A stretch of 63,851 nucleotides of DNA, the filler included, from Dicyema japonicum (taxonomy: Eukaryota; Animalia; Dicyemida), in assembly GCA_011109175.1 (NCBI GenBank). It is 8 parts of 8 records of this genome, joined end to end, with 100 filler letters (N's around TTAATTAATTAA, not from the genome) between each part and the next. Parts side by side here need not be neighbours in the genome. Positions count along the whole stretch, not along the records: positions 17,373 to 26,329 come from RDEW01000120.1; positions 26,430 to 46,853 come from RDEW01000029.1; 6 more parts are not named here. One strand, 5' to 3'. Of this stretch, positions 23,541-34,043 are shown in pieces. Position 1 is the stretch's first letter. Each line of letters opens with the position of its first letter. A program made the translations under genes and the position numbers. The notes below the pieces were generated by a model, which was not told where the DNA came from, made no database searches, and saw nothing but the letters and a program-made list of their open reading frames with translations.

Positions 23541-25245
23541 CATTTGATCCCGTCTCTGGGGGCTCATTTGGGTCTTTTCCTCTCAAAAGTTATCTTTTTG
23601 TTCCTAAACCTTCATCTTCTTTCGTTGCCCTTGAGGGTTTGTATAAAATAAACCTAATTTCTTTCGATGTTAGTTTTTGCTGAATATTTACTTCCATTAC
23701 GATAGCTTGTTACGGGCAAAACTGCCTAGCCGATCCAGGGAATTGAAACCGGTCCTGTAAAGACTTGGCTCTTTTCATCCTTCCTTGCCTCCTCTTTCGG
23801 TTCCTGCGATCTTTTTAAATCTGTTCTTTTCCTCTCTTCCGAACTTTTTGAATTGTCAGATTCCGTTGCGGCTTTTGGCACCTGGTCTGACTTAAACCTG
23901 GAAATTTCGGAGTATAAATGTTCCCATATGGAGTAGGTTGCAATTTAATGCACATATGTTTTGGAAAACCTTTGCTCCCGTTTGTACCAACCTGATCTAG
24001 CTTCCTTGAACCCTGCCTGTCAGCTCCATTCTGTTTTTTCAAAATTGGTAATTTGGCGCCAAGATTTTATTTCCAGACTTTTCTCTTCAAGAGCAAGAGA
24101 ACAAGTAAGTATTAATTCTAATTAATCCGAAATGAGATCAAAGATTGATGTCAGAAGGGTGGTTGATCATATAAGAAAATTCAAGTTGTGACCACAAAAT
24201 ATGGCCGGTATTCGAAATAGAGGAGATCCAGTATATCGAAGATGAAATAGCCGTGATGGCCTATGAGGTGAATCGGTACCAGAAGTTTAGTCTGGTTTTA
24301 AAAGAATTCCGGTATACCTAGGAGTCGGTTTAGAAGGGTTTGACTGTACTCTCAAAAAGATGTAGGTCCTTTTTATGTGACACATCGATCGTTTATTTTT
24401 AGAGAGAATAGTTTCAATTAAAAAAATCTAAATTAAAAAATCTAAACATTATGGAAAAGCATTAAGTAGCATGTCAAAAAACTACAAATATCAAAGTAGA
24501 TTTTCAACATTGACGTTCGTATATTATTGACTTAATTAATTTGTAATTGACTAAATGAAGGAACACATAATGACCATATTTATCGATAAATTTATTTATT
24601 CTACTTGATTCAAAAATAAGAATAATGAAAATAGTACGTATAAAAAACTTGAATATTTAAATCCAATGATTAGAAACAACATTTGGAGTTTTTATTTAAT
24701 AAAAATAAACGAATAAACTATTTAATTGCCTGATTAGTACGGAGCCAGGGGGGCAGTTCACACACCTCCTTCCATTCTTCTTCCTCTTCTTTGGCTTTGT
24801 AGACTTCGGAGAAGGTGCAATCTTGGCAATTATTAAAAACAATAACCATACATACATCAAAGATCAGCGTAATGCTGGATTTTAAAACTGTTTTTCAGGA
24901 TTAAGATTGGAAAATTCAAGTAATCTAAGAGTTATTGGATTTTCAGAAGTTAAAAACTTCGGGATATGTGGTTTGAACAGCGATTTTTTAAATTCAAAAT
25001 CATGAAAAGGAACAGAATCATTCTGTATTTATGAAAAATATGTCGTGCTACAGTTCTCAAAAAATAACTCTGAGGATCGTGACTCAGATTTTCTAGAAAT
25101 GCCAATGTGTCCCGCTCTTACTAAGTATTGTAAAACTTTTAGCCATTGAATACTCTAATGGCTTATCGTTATTTTATTGTGGTTTTTACATTTATTATCG
25201 CTTACCGAAAAAACATAAATTGCGAATAATCGCTTCGAATCTCAA

Positions 25246-26329
25246 ATGTCAAAAAGTAGGTTATACATTTTTTAATAGAAAGTCAAGCTAAGAAAACCAC
25301 ATAAAATTGATATTCAAGAAACAAATCTAGCTTTATTCGGAACTGACATTGAAAGACGGATTAAAAGTATTGGAATAATAGATTCACTCAAATTAGAAAC
25401 ATCGGCGCTACTAGAGAAAGCATGGGAAAATTATGAGTCTGAAGGACTTTACATTTGGAGAATTGTGGTACTACAGAATTATCAATTCCTAAAATTTTGA
25501 AGTAATAAGTTTTGAAATCGAAAATTATGGAAATTTTTTAACGAGGATTCTTACATCATTCTGAATATGATTCGTATCAAATATCAACTTTAAGCTTATA
25601 AAGCAACATATTTGAGCGAAGACTTGTTCTACAATATTTATTTCTGGATTGGGATTGAGAGCACTGCAGTTTACTTTAGATGTAGGCTTTATTTTAAGGA
25701 TAAATATGCCACTCCTGCTTATAAAACTGTTGAACTAGATACTTTTCTAAACTTAAAATCTGTACAGCATCGAGAAATTGAAGGAAATGAGACTGACGTT
25801 ATGAAAAGATATTTCAATGAATTTGTGTTTAAAAATATCTCGGAACTTAAATCCTCAGAGTTTTATCAGGAGGAGTCAATTCAGGTTTCCGTCATGTGGT
25901 CGCTCAACATTATATGCCACGATTAATTCATATTTTTGGTATAAAGAAGAATATTCAGGCAATTCAAGTTTTCCGAATAATTCATCGTACAATTCTAGGT
26001 TCCTGCCAGTAAAAGTTGTCTTAATTCAGATGACGCATTTATTCTTGATATGGGCGAAGAAATATATATGGTATGGTTCAAATTGTAGTCCTCAAGAGAA
26101 AGCCCAAGTAAAATTAATTCTGAATACTATATAGTCGATGATTTTTGCAAATAACTTATCGAACACAAGAAATAACTGCCAAGTCACTGTATTTGATGAA
26201 GACCAAGATGTTTTCAATAAATTAAAAATAGCAACTATTTAGAGATAATCTGAGATGACAGTTACGATTTTCTAGATTTTGAACAATCTAAAAATGAAAT
26301 TGTGAGAGTGATAAACAAAAAATGGTAGA
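25246..26329 (+). CDS. Gelsolin/severin-like actin-severing protein (invertebrate 3-domain type), truncated by gap
   Basis: ETNLALFGTDIERRIK, AW...GLYIWRIV, YGNFFNEDSYIIL, FWIG, AYKTVELDTFL...VQHRE, GGVNSGF, LNSDDAFILD; many short introns; 1-2 small indels. Confidence 0.85.
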
Positions 26330-26734
26330 NNNNNNNNNNNNNNNNNNNNNNNNNNNNNNNNNNNNNNNNNNNNTTAATTAATTAANNNNNNNNNNNNNNN
26401 NNNNNNNNNNNNNNNNNNNNNNNNNNNNNGGGGACGTCTTTCGAGACCGGTATCTAACCCAACGCCATTACTAATGGAGTTTTGGGTTCTTTTCTGAAAA
26501 ATGAATGCGTTCGTATTGGGATCCTATTACGACTGGGGTTAAAAATCTCTGTTCCACATCCGTGCCGATGCGGAGACCAGATCGACTGATTTGGCGACGC
26601 TGGAATTCTGAGTCGTCTAGGGAATTGAGTTTCTACACGATCGGGACACTCCCGTCAACGCAGGTGGGTATTTGAGCTAATCTCGCTCGCATCCTGGGAG
26701 GGAATAGCCAGGCACAATACGCCTAGCACTCAAG

Positions 26735-27620
26735 CGCCTCAACCGTGGCCCCTACGCCATAACAAGGAGAACGTCAATTTTTGCATGAATAGTTAGTTAA
26801 GTGCTTTTTCACGTAGTCCTAAAAGGGTTTCGCCTAGAGGCGTGTTTTGCACCCATCCTCTCCCACGTCATCTTGTTCCTGGACATCATTTGAACATCAT
26901 CCAGATCCTCTGCTATCATCAATTTACGACCTGTTGTTTCATAATCATCTTTAAGCAAATTAGAAGTGTATTTCTTGGTCTGCCTCGAACTCCGTTACTT
27001 CCGCGCTGTATAAATATTCTTCCATTATTTTGTTACTTGGTGTAGTCGGATTCAGTCTAAGAATATTTCCAAATAGTTGCCACCTCGATAAAACAACGTC
27101 CACGCTAATTGGTCTAGATTTACATAGAGTATATAGTTTCTCGTTTTAGATTTTTCTCGGCCAGAAGATTCCAGTCAATATACGAGGTTGGCTTTGTGAA
27201 AAGTATTTAGCTCTCTAAATTGTTTTTCAATTTCTCCATGTTCCTGAATTGTATAGCAATACTGGCTTATAGAAGTATAGTTTGACACGAGGTTTCATGA
27301 TACATGCTTCTTTCTTATCCAGATGTTCTACATTTTTTGAAGTATATGGTACCCAGCATTTTCCTTCGACAAATATCCTCGGCATCACCTAGTAGTGAGC
27401 CAGTTTTTTGTATCTCTCCAACATTCATAGTTTCTTGCTCTTTCGATTGGTATATAATCAGTTTTTTAATGTTCATGCGCAGATCCAAATAAGTTTTGCT
27501 TGGAGTAAAACTTTTTCAAGTGTTTCCTTGTCTGTGCACCATCCGTATATAGTAACTTGATTATGTCCTAGATATTTGTGACCCATATCTTTTCCTCAGC
27601 TCCCTGAGGGTAGCTTCGAG
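26735..27620 (-). mobile_element. RTE-clade LINE fragment (mirror copy ~35960-36845 on +), next to a CRE fragment at 26430-26730
   Basis: KLGSLLGD.EDICRRK, KPRVKLY; CCCACGG 3' motif in the mirror copy. Confidence 0.75.
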
Positions 27621-30330
27621 GTATATGATTAATAGTACTCACAAAGTATATTCGTAGATAAAAAATTCAAAAAATTATTAGATACAAAATAAAATTATTC
27701 GTAAGCCAAGAAAAATTAAATATTTAAATTTTAACTGAAAAATTATAATATATTGATATTTATTTTTATTTTTTTTTATTTTAATAACCCCGGGAACACC
27801 GAGAAAGAAAGACAAAAGAGTCAGACAGTTAGGTGATCCCAGTCCTCGCAATCACTTGTGCCATTCGACGTCTGTGATCCTCCATCGTCCCCACTACTTT
27901 CCGGAAGAGCCTTCTCTCGGTTTTGCAGAGGAATCCGATCGGGGAGGGGAATTTCTTATCCAATCGGTTTTCTCTTGCCATGGGAAGGATTAGGCGAAGC
28001 GGATTTCCATCTTCCTCACAGAGGCGAAGAAATCCGGAGCCACGACTACGGATCTTAGCTTCCATGAGTAGTGGGTCGACTGTTGATCCATTACGTGGGG
28101 AAAGCATACTGATTGTTTTCCGGTATATCGAGTTGATTCTTTGGACCAAAGACTCCGATAGCCCGAATCTCCATGCAACGGAGGCATACTCAATGGCAGG
28201 CGCGATTGTTTGTTGGTAGAGTGTAGAAACGGAAAAGTCCATGTTCCTCGTGGTCCTCCGAACAAGGGCGCGTATAACGTTAACTTTCTGGAGGCCCCTG
28301 GTGATCATGTCTGTTGCGTGGGAGTTGAATTTGAGAAGGGTGTCGTACTTGACTCCAAGGACAATGGGGGACTTTGTCACTGGAATCCTAGTGGGACCAA
28401 TGAAAAGACTCGGTTCATCCTTGGAACGACGGTCCGACGTGAATGTGGAACAAATAGACTTGGTTGCAGAAATCGTTAGTCGATTGCCAGCAATCCAATC
28501 GTGGAGAATGTTCAATTTTGTCTGAGTTTTAAGGGATGCGACTTGAGTCGAGCGGTTCCGTATTGCAATGACTACGTCGTCTGCGTAGGATAATAACAAG
28601 GGAATCTTCGTCTCCATCATTAGGTAGGTCGTGTAGGAAAAGGTTGAATAGAATTGGTGAAAGTGGAGACCTCGTTCGGTAGTAATCGTGATCTAGATCT
28701 GAGATCATCACTGACTACTCTTCCACGTCTTCCAGACAAAAAGTTGGCAACCATAATTTCACATTCGGACGAATATTAGTAGAAAAAATTTTTCCAACCA
28801 AGATTTTCCTCGAAACAGTGTCAAAGGCTTTTTTGATGTCAATAGAAACCAAGATTGTGCGTTTGTGAGGCGGAGGATGGGTGTTAAAACCGTCGGCAAT
28901 GAACTGCGATAAAGTTGCCAAGTATGTAGCGGTGGACCTACCGCGGAGGAAACCATGTTGAAATATAGGACGCGGAAGATACGGAATAATGACTGATAAT
29001 ACAAGTTTCTCCATAAATTTTGACAGTGTGCTGGTAACGGAAATAGGCCTGTAGGATGCAGGTTCTGTCTCTGGTTTCCCAGCCTTCAATATCGCTCTGA
29101 TGATAGAATTCTTCCAAATCTTAGGAATAATATTATAATTAATGGACAGATTGTATATATGCGTGAGGTAGCGAATTGCGTAGTGGCTTAGGTGTTTTAG
29201 GTGAATAGAAGATATTTTGTCAGGCCCGCACGCCCGTGAGCTCTTTAATCTGGTGATCACATCCAAGACTTGGTCATCTGTGAATAGTTCGTGGTAAGGT
29301 TCCTTCTTCGGTTTATGGGCACGCACCTTAATGTCCCCGTGTTTCGAGAATGGTTTGAAGCTAATTCCAGCGTAATGTTTCATAAGGGTGTTAGGATGTA
29401 GGTTATTTAGTTGTCTGAAGGCTGTCAAAGACTTCAGGTCCATCAGATGGCATCTCTTCAGCCGGTCTCTTTGTTTTATAAGACTTATTGTATAAGAGCT
29501 GAGAGTAGGAATAAACTTCTTGTATGACGATATAGGAATAAAAATATGGCAGCGCTGATAATTTTTGCGGAATTTATCCACAAGGTTACTGAAACCGGAC
29601 CAGTCTACTTTCGTATAATCCTTGAATCCTTTTGATTCCGCGGCCGTCTCCTGCATCGTCGAAGACCTCTCAATTTTAGAAGTATTAAATTGTGGTCATT
29701 GGAGAAGCCGTAGAAGACGTCCCAGGAAATGGTCCAGCCAGGGAAGGTGAGCATAGTGTTAAGTCGGGAGATGTGCAGCTATCAGTCATCCATAATGGAG
29801 TCCTCGTATGTGAGTTAGGGTTGTTCAGTATAATCAGGTCAGGAAGATAATTTGCAATGACTTCTCGGTTATCAGAGGATTGGGAAGTGAGCCAAACTGG
29901 ATGTCATGCATTAAGATCCCCACATAACAGTAGAAATGCGTGATAAATCAGGGGTGTAAGATGTCGGACACGATCCTTGTGGAGGAATATATAAATTAGC
30001 CAAATGGATCCAAAAGGACGGGAATAACTTGATTTTGACAGTAATCTGCTCCAAAGTCTTGTCGGTGCCAAGAAGCTCTGAGGTTCTTTGAGTTATATTT
30101 ATAAAGGGAATATCGTTCTTTATAATAGTAAGTAGTCCTCTTCCGCGTCCTCCCTGACGATCTTTACGGATCACTGTATCCAGGAAAAAAAAGTATTGGT
30201 ATGGAGGGAGAAAGCTTGGACTCCTGTATTAAAGCGAGATCAGCCCATTTTTGCGGAGGAGTGCTCGGAGTTCAAAGATTTTCCTACTGATCCTATTTGT
30301 ATTAAGTTGTATAATTGTAAAACCTCTCCA

Positions 30331-30378
30331 TGGACCAGGATTGGTTTCGACGTCCCCACATAGAAGAATCAAAAGTCT
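30331..30378 (-). other. 2A-like StopGo peptide RLLILLCGDVETNPGP
   Basis: Exact D(V/I)ExNPGP consensus just upstream of the endonuclease domain. Confidence 0.88.
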
Positions 30379-30452
30379 GGATAAATGGGGACACCAGACA
30401 GGGTCGAAGACACAGGGGATGAAAGGACCACAAGACGGTGGGGAGAAGCTGT

Positions 30453-30519
30453 TGGCTCTTTTCGTTCCATTTTGGAATGGGTGACACCGTTTCTGGTGAG
30501 CCACATGACACCACGCTAA
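30453..30519 (-). ncRNA. Predicted HDV-like pseudoknot RNA at the LINE 5' end
   Basis: P1 GGTGTC/GTCACC, P2 TGGCTC/GAGCCA, P3 ACC/GGT, P4 TTCCA/TGGAA, J4/2 CGAAAA; covaries with the copy at 61858-61929. Confidence 0.55.
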
Positions 30520-30639
30520 CATTTTTCCTGAATTTTATATTTATATTGTTGCAGCAAAATGGCGGTCATAAACTAACAAGAACCAAAAAAATTTTTGACT
30601 GATCATTTTTATTAAAAAATGTTAAAAGAGCACTTAATT

Positions 30640-31775
30640 TATGGAGGTTGAATGGCAATTCTGAATCATCTGACGATAACTATCGGCTATCGAGATACGC
30701 TCTCGAAGTCTCACGTGAACAAAAGTCGCAGACATCTTCCACGAAGCGGAATATCACAAACTGTATTCTTGACGTTGTTGACGATCCATTCGACGAAATA
30801 ACCACTGTTCATAGTTTATTTGTTGAGTATATGCTCATCCACCTTCTTCGTGGACATTCTTCCTCAGAAAATAGCCGCAACAGTGAGATAATCCAAGGCG
30901 AGGATCACAAACAGCCATCATGTTCTTGGCATCAAACATTAACTGAATCAGCTAGGGAACAGTAAGTGATCTGTATTCTGAGAGCCATTAGATGTCAATG
31001 GAGCGAATCCAGGAAAAAGAAGTAGAGACGAGGGAATGGAACCACATTGACGGCCAGCGTTTAGAGATCAGCATTAAGCTAATCACGTCATAATCACTAA
31101 ATACCTGTCAGGGAATCTTATACATGTAGTCACTCCAGACGTAGTGGCAGAGACCAGATAGTTGAATTCACCAAATGTAGGAATAGTCATCTTGAGGGTT
31201 CTGAAGCAAATATATAGAGGGCCTCATTTTAAATGCAGTAAGTCTGATAATTGTGCCCAACAAGCTGATGCATTGAGAGTATGACATTGTAAGGCTCAAC
31301 AGCTCAATCAGAGACCTATAAAATGGTTAATCCAATAAAACTCACCTTACGAGAAGTACGGCCGAGAAGTTGTTCATAATTCGATCAGGAAACCCCTCTC
31401 TGACATGTCGAATGATCAGAGAATCCATTCCTGATCCAGTGCCACCTGAATGAGGGAATTACTGATGGCAGTCACACCTCTCAGCCTCTTACAAATAAAA
31501 TCCAAAACAGAGTCGGCCAACTGCTCCTTCTGTATTGTGTCCTTTTGCCAGTTGTTTCAGGTTCCCGACTGTCCAAAAACGAAGTTGTCAGGTCGGAAGA
31601 TCTATCCAAATGGCTGAATCCATGGTTCCAGGCTCTAAGTCAACCAAAATAATCTGGGACCATACCTCCCGCCTATATTAAAACGTAATCTACTCTCAAC
31701 TACCCAGACCCTCGTAGAAATTTATTCTCTCCAACTGCAGACGTTTTTTCAATGCAAGCATGCAATTTTAGTCAT
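30640..31775 (-). pseudogene. TUBB: Beta-tubulin pseudogene (unprocessed)
   Basis: Mirror copy of 34589-35720; many stops and frameshifts. Confidence 0.9.
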
Positions 31776-31814
31776 GAGATCTTAAATTCGAATTAAAATG
31801 AAAGCTTACATAAT

Positions 31815-32410
31815 TTATCAAGTTTATAATAAAATTTTATTAATCAAACAATAAGTAAAAGTAATTCTTTTATAACGCCCGTCTAACTCAATCTTCTCTT
31901 CTATAGGCCAACCCTTATTCACATCGCTGCGTAGCCCACATTCAGAGACTACCCTAGGTTGACATTCCCTGCCATCTTCATCATCAACAGACATCGATAC
32001 TCCATGCCTCTCCTCAGCTTGCATACTCTCCAAAGTCTTCCGTAACACTAACGTCTGTATATAAGCTTTGACCCTCTCCTCCACCTTGAAGCATCCAGGT
32101 GGCTTTTGAAGAATCTGGAAACACTTCCATCCCAAGTGATGACAACAGGGATTATTTTCACCTTTGCGCGATGGATAATCTCAAGTTCGTTCGCCAGTAG
32201 GTTATACTTGTGGAACTTTTCTACTTCGACCTGCTTGAGGTAGTTTTGGAAAGTGATCCCAATTTCAACAAGAGTAATCGTATTTTTTGTCTTATCATAA
32301 ACGAAAATGTTTGGTTTGTTATTCGTTACAGCCGTATCCGTACTGATCGTCGTTTCCTGTGGCATTACTGTAACTCGTTTTCCATTCATTGCACGCAAAG
32401 ATTGTCCCCA
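31815..32410 (-). mobile_element. R4/Dong-like RLE retrotransposon 3' fragment (mirror 34044-34530)
   Basis: NNKPNIFVYDK...LVEIGIT...VEVEKFHKY.LLANEL...IIPVVITWDG; AYIQTLVLRKTLES. Confidence 0.8.
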
Positions 32411-32419
32411 AAAATCATC

Positions 32420-33550
32420 ACCAAATAACTCTCCGCGTTACAAAAATACCTTATTCTGCGTCTCCGGATTTTTTTCAGAATCTTTATCAGAATTTCCAAA
32501 CACTTTTTGTGTTCTTCATTGCGATACTGAGAGTGCGTACGATGGTGAATGTAAACGACACCATTGCGTGGAACACTTAAGCCCAAGCATCACGGCTCAA
32601 TTGAAAAGTCCCGAGAATTTCCAATCTTTGCACAGTTCGCCTATTAATGGAGTTCGGTATGCTCAAGAAACTACACTTGGAATTGAAAGTCATTCATCAT
32701 CCTGTGACACCTATAGATGGACCTGGGTTTAAACCGACTCGTGAAGCTGCGTGAAAAAATGTCGGTGATAACTCCCGATGTCCCTAAGCACAAGTGGTAA
32801 CGATAACAAGCCAAACATCGTTGTGAGGAGATGGCTATCCACAGGTATTCTTCACCTCTCATGGAGTTCTGGTTGTTTGGGTCACTCAAGGTGGTCACAG
32901 AAAATCCAAGTTCTCCAACCACCTTCAGCTGACCATTTCCTCATTTGTAGACGCAAAGCAGTTAATCTATAAATGCCTAGCATTGAGATCGTCAAAAATA
33001 ATGCAATTTGGATACCTATCAAAGACATCCTTAATGTGATCCTTACACAACCACAGCTGCTTAGCGTACAATGCCTCAATTATAAGTGAATAACTAGGCA
33101 ATTTAATGCGGGTTAAAAATGACTCACAGTGAAGGAAGGGTGAGGTACCTTGAACGATTGCAGAAGATTCGTCCTCTTAGATACTGGTGCCTGACCTCGA
33201 TGTGCATCGCTCCACAAGATATGGCAGCTAGTTTATCCGTTAAAGTCTGCAGCATCTGTATCATACACTTGGTCTCGTTGAGGACCACGACGCCCACCAT
33301 GAAAAACTCGATATGTTCTTCCAAAGCTTTCTTTCGTCGGGAAATGGAATTACTGTTCTAAATGATTTCTCTGGAAGTTGTTAAGGGAAACAGCACAGTG
33401 CTCGTCGGCAACTAAAAAGATCATCCCAGCTCTATTGGAGGGGTTTCCACAATGGCGGATATGGATGGACGTGGTTTTTGGAAAGGATGGGTTTCCGTCA
33501 GTGGAAATTCAACATACCGTGTAATTAGACGTTAACTAACTATATAAATA
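32420..33550 (-). mobile_element. Highly degenerate APE-type LINE remnant in the inverted-repeat spacer
   Basis: CIIFDDLNARH (GDxNAxH-like) and WLENLD near 32900-33020. Confidence 0.45.
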
Positions 33551-34043
33551 TGCCCAAATGAGGTAAAGTGAGATCTTGATACCAAATAAAGTTAGGAACC
33601 TTTCACGTGAGTAAATCTCCAAGTTAAAAGGTCAAAATTTTTAATTTTGTAAAATAGTGTTAAAATCATATATCGGGAATCAAACGTGAGCAGGTCCCTA
33701 TGTTAGCGAGGTCGAAAAATAATTTTATAAAATTGTGTTAAAATGAGAATTTCGAAATCAAATATAAAATAGGAACCACTTGTTTCACTGTAGGAGGCCG
33801 GCTACCATCAAACGTCCATCTGAGAGTGTTGGGCGGTCTCATAAGTCCTTTATTTTATTGGTGGTCTTGGTCCGAAAAGGATTGATTGATGATATCACCC
33901 AGCCAGTGTAGTGAAATAAATATTTGAAACAAAGGCTAAAAATAATCGAATTGATCGTTTCGTTTCTAAAAAAAACTTGGACGCCTAGCTACACTAAAAA
34001 GGCACGACGCACGTGAGACTCGGTGGCTTCTCTATTTGATCTC

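Larger units (their letters stand above)
27761..30542 (-). mobile_element. Near full-length Ingi/Vingi-like LINE: 5' structured RNA, 2A peptide, APE endonuclease, RT; degenerate
   Basis: LLILLCGDVETNPGP, IIQLNTN, RKDRQGGRG, NLYIPP, SPDL, GPDKIS, SYRPIS, QHGF, DGFNTHPPPHKRTILVSIDIKKAFDTV, SYADD; A-rich tail; ATATT target duplication relative to the empty site at ~35818. Confidence 0.9.
26430..32310. repeat. Left arm of a ~3.1-kb inverted duplication, interrupted by a 2.78-kb LINE
   Basis: 26430-27760 plus 30543-32310 is the reverse complement of 34044-37144, with scattered substitutions and indels. Confidence 0.92.

Noticed and set aside
23700-23810. B-box-like GGTTTCAATTCCC and possible RTE-type 5' ribozyme on the minus strand
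   Set aside because: No matching A box and no complete pseudoknot could be built; single copy
25468-25492. Non-canonical GT-AA intron in gelsolin
   Set aside because: A single missing G (CTAAG) restores a normal 26-nt intron, and 1-nt deletions are common in this sequence
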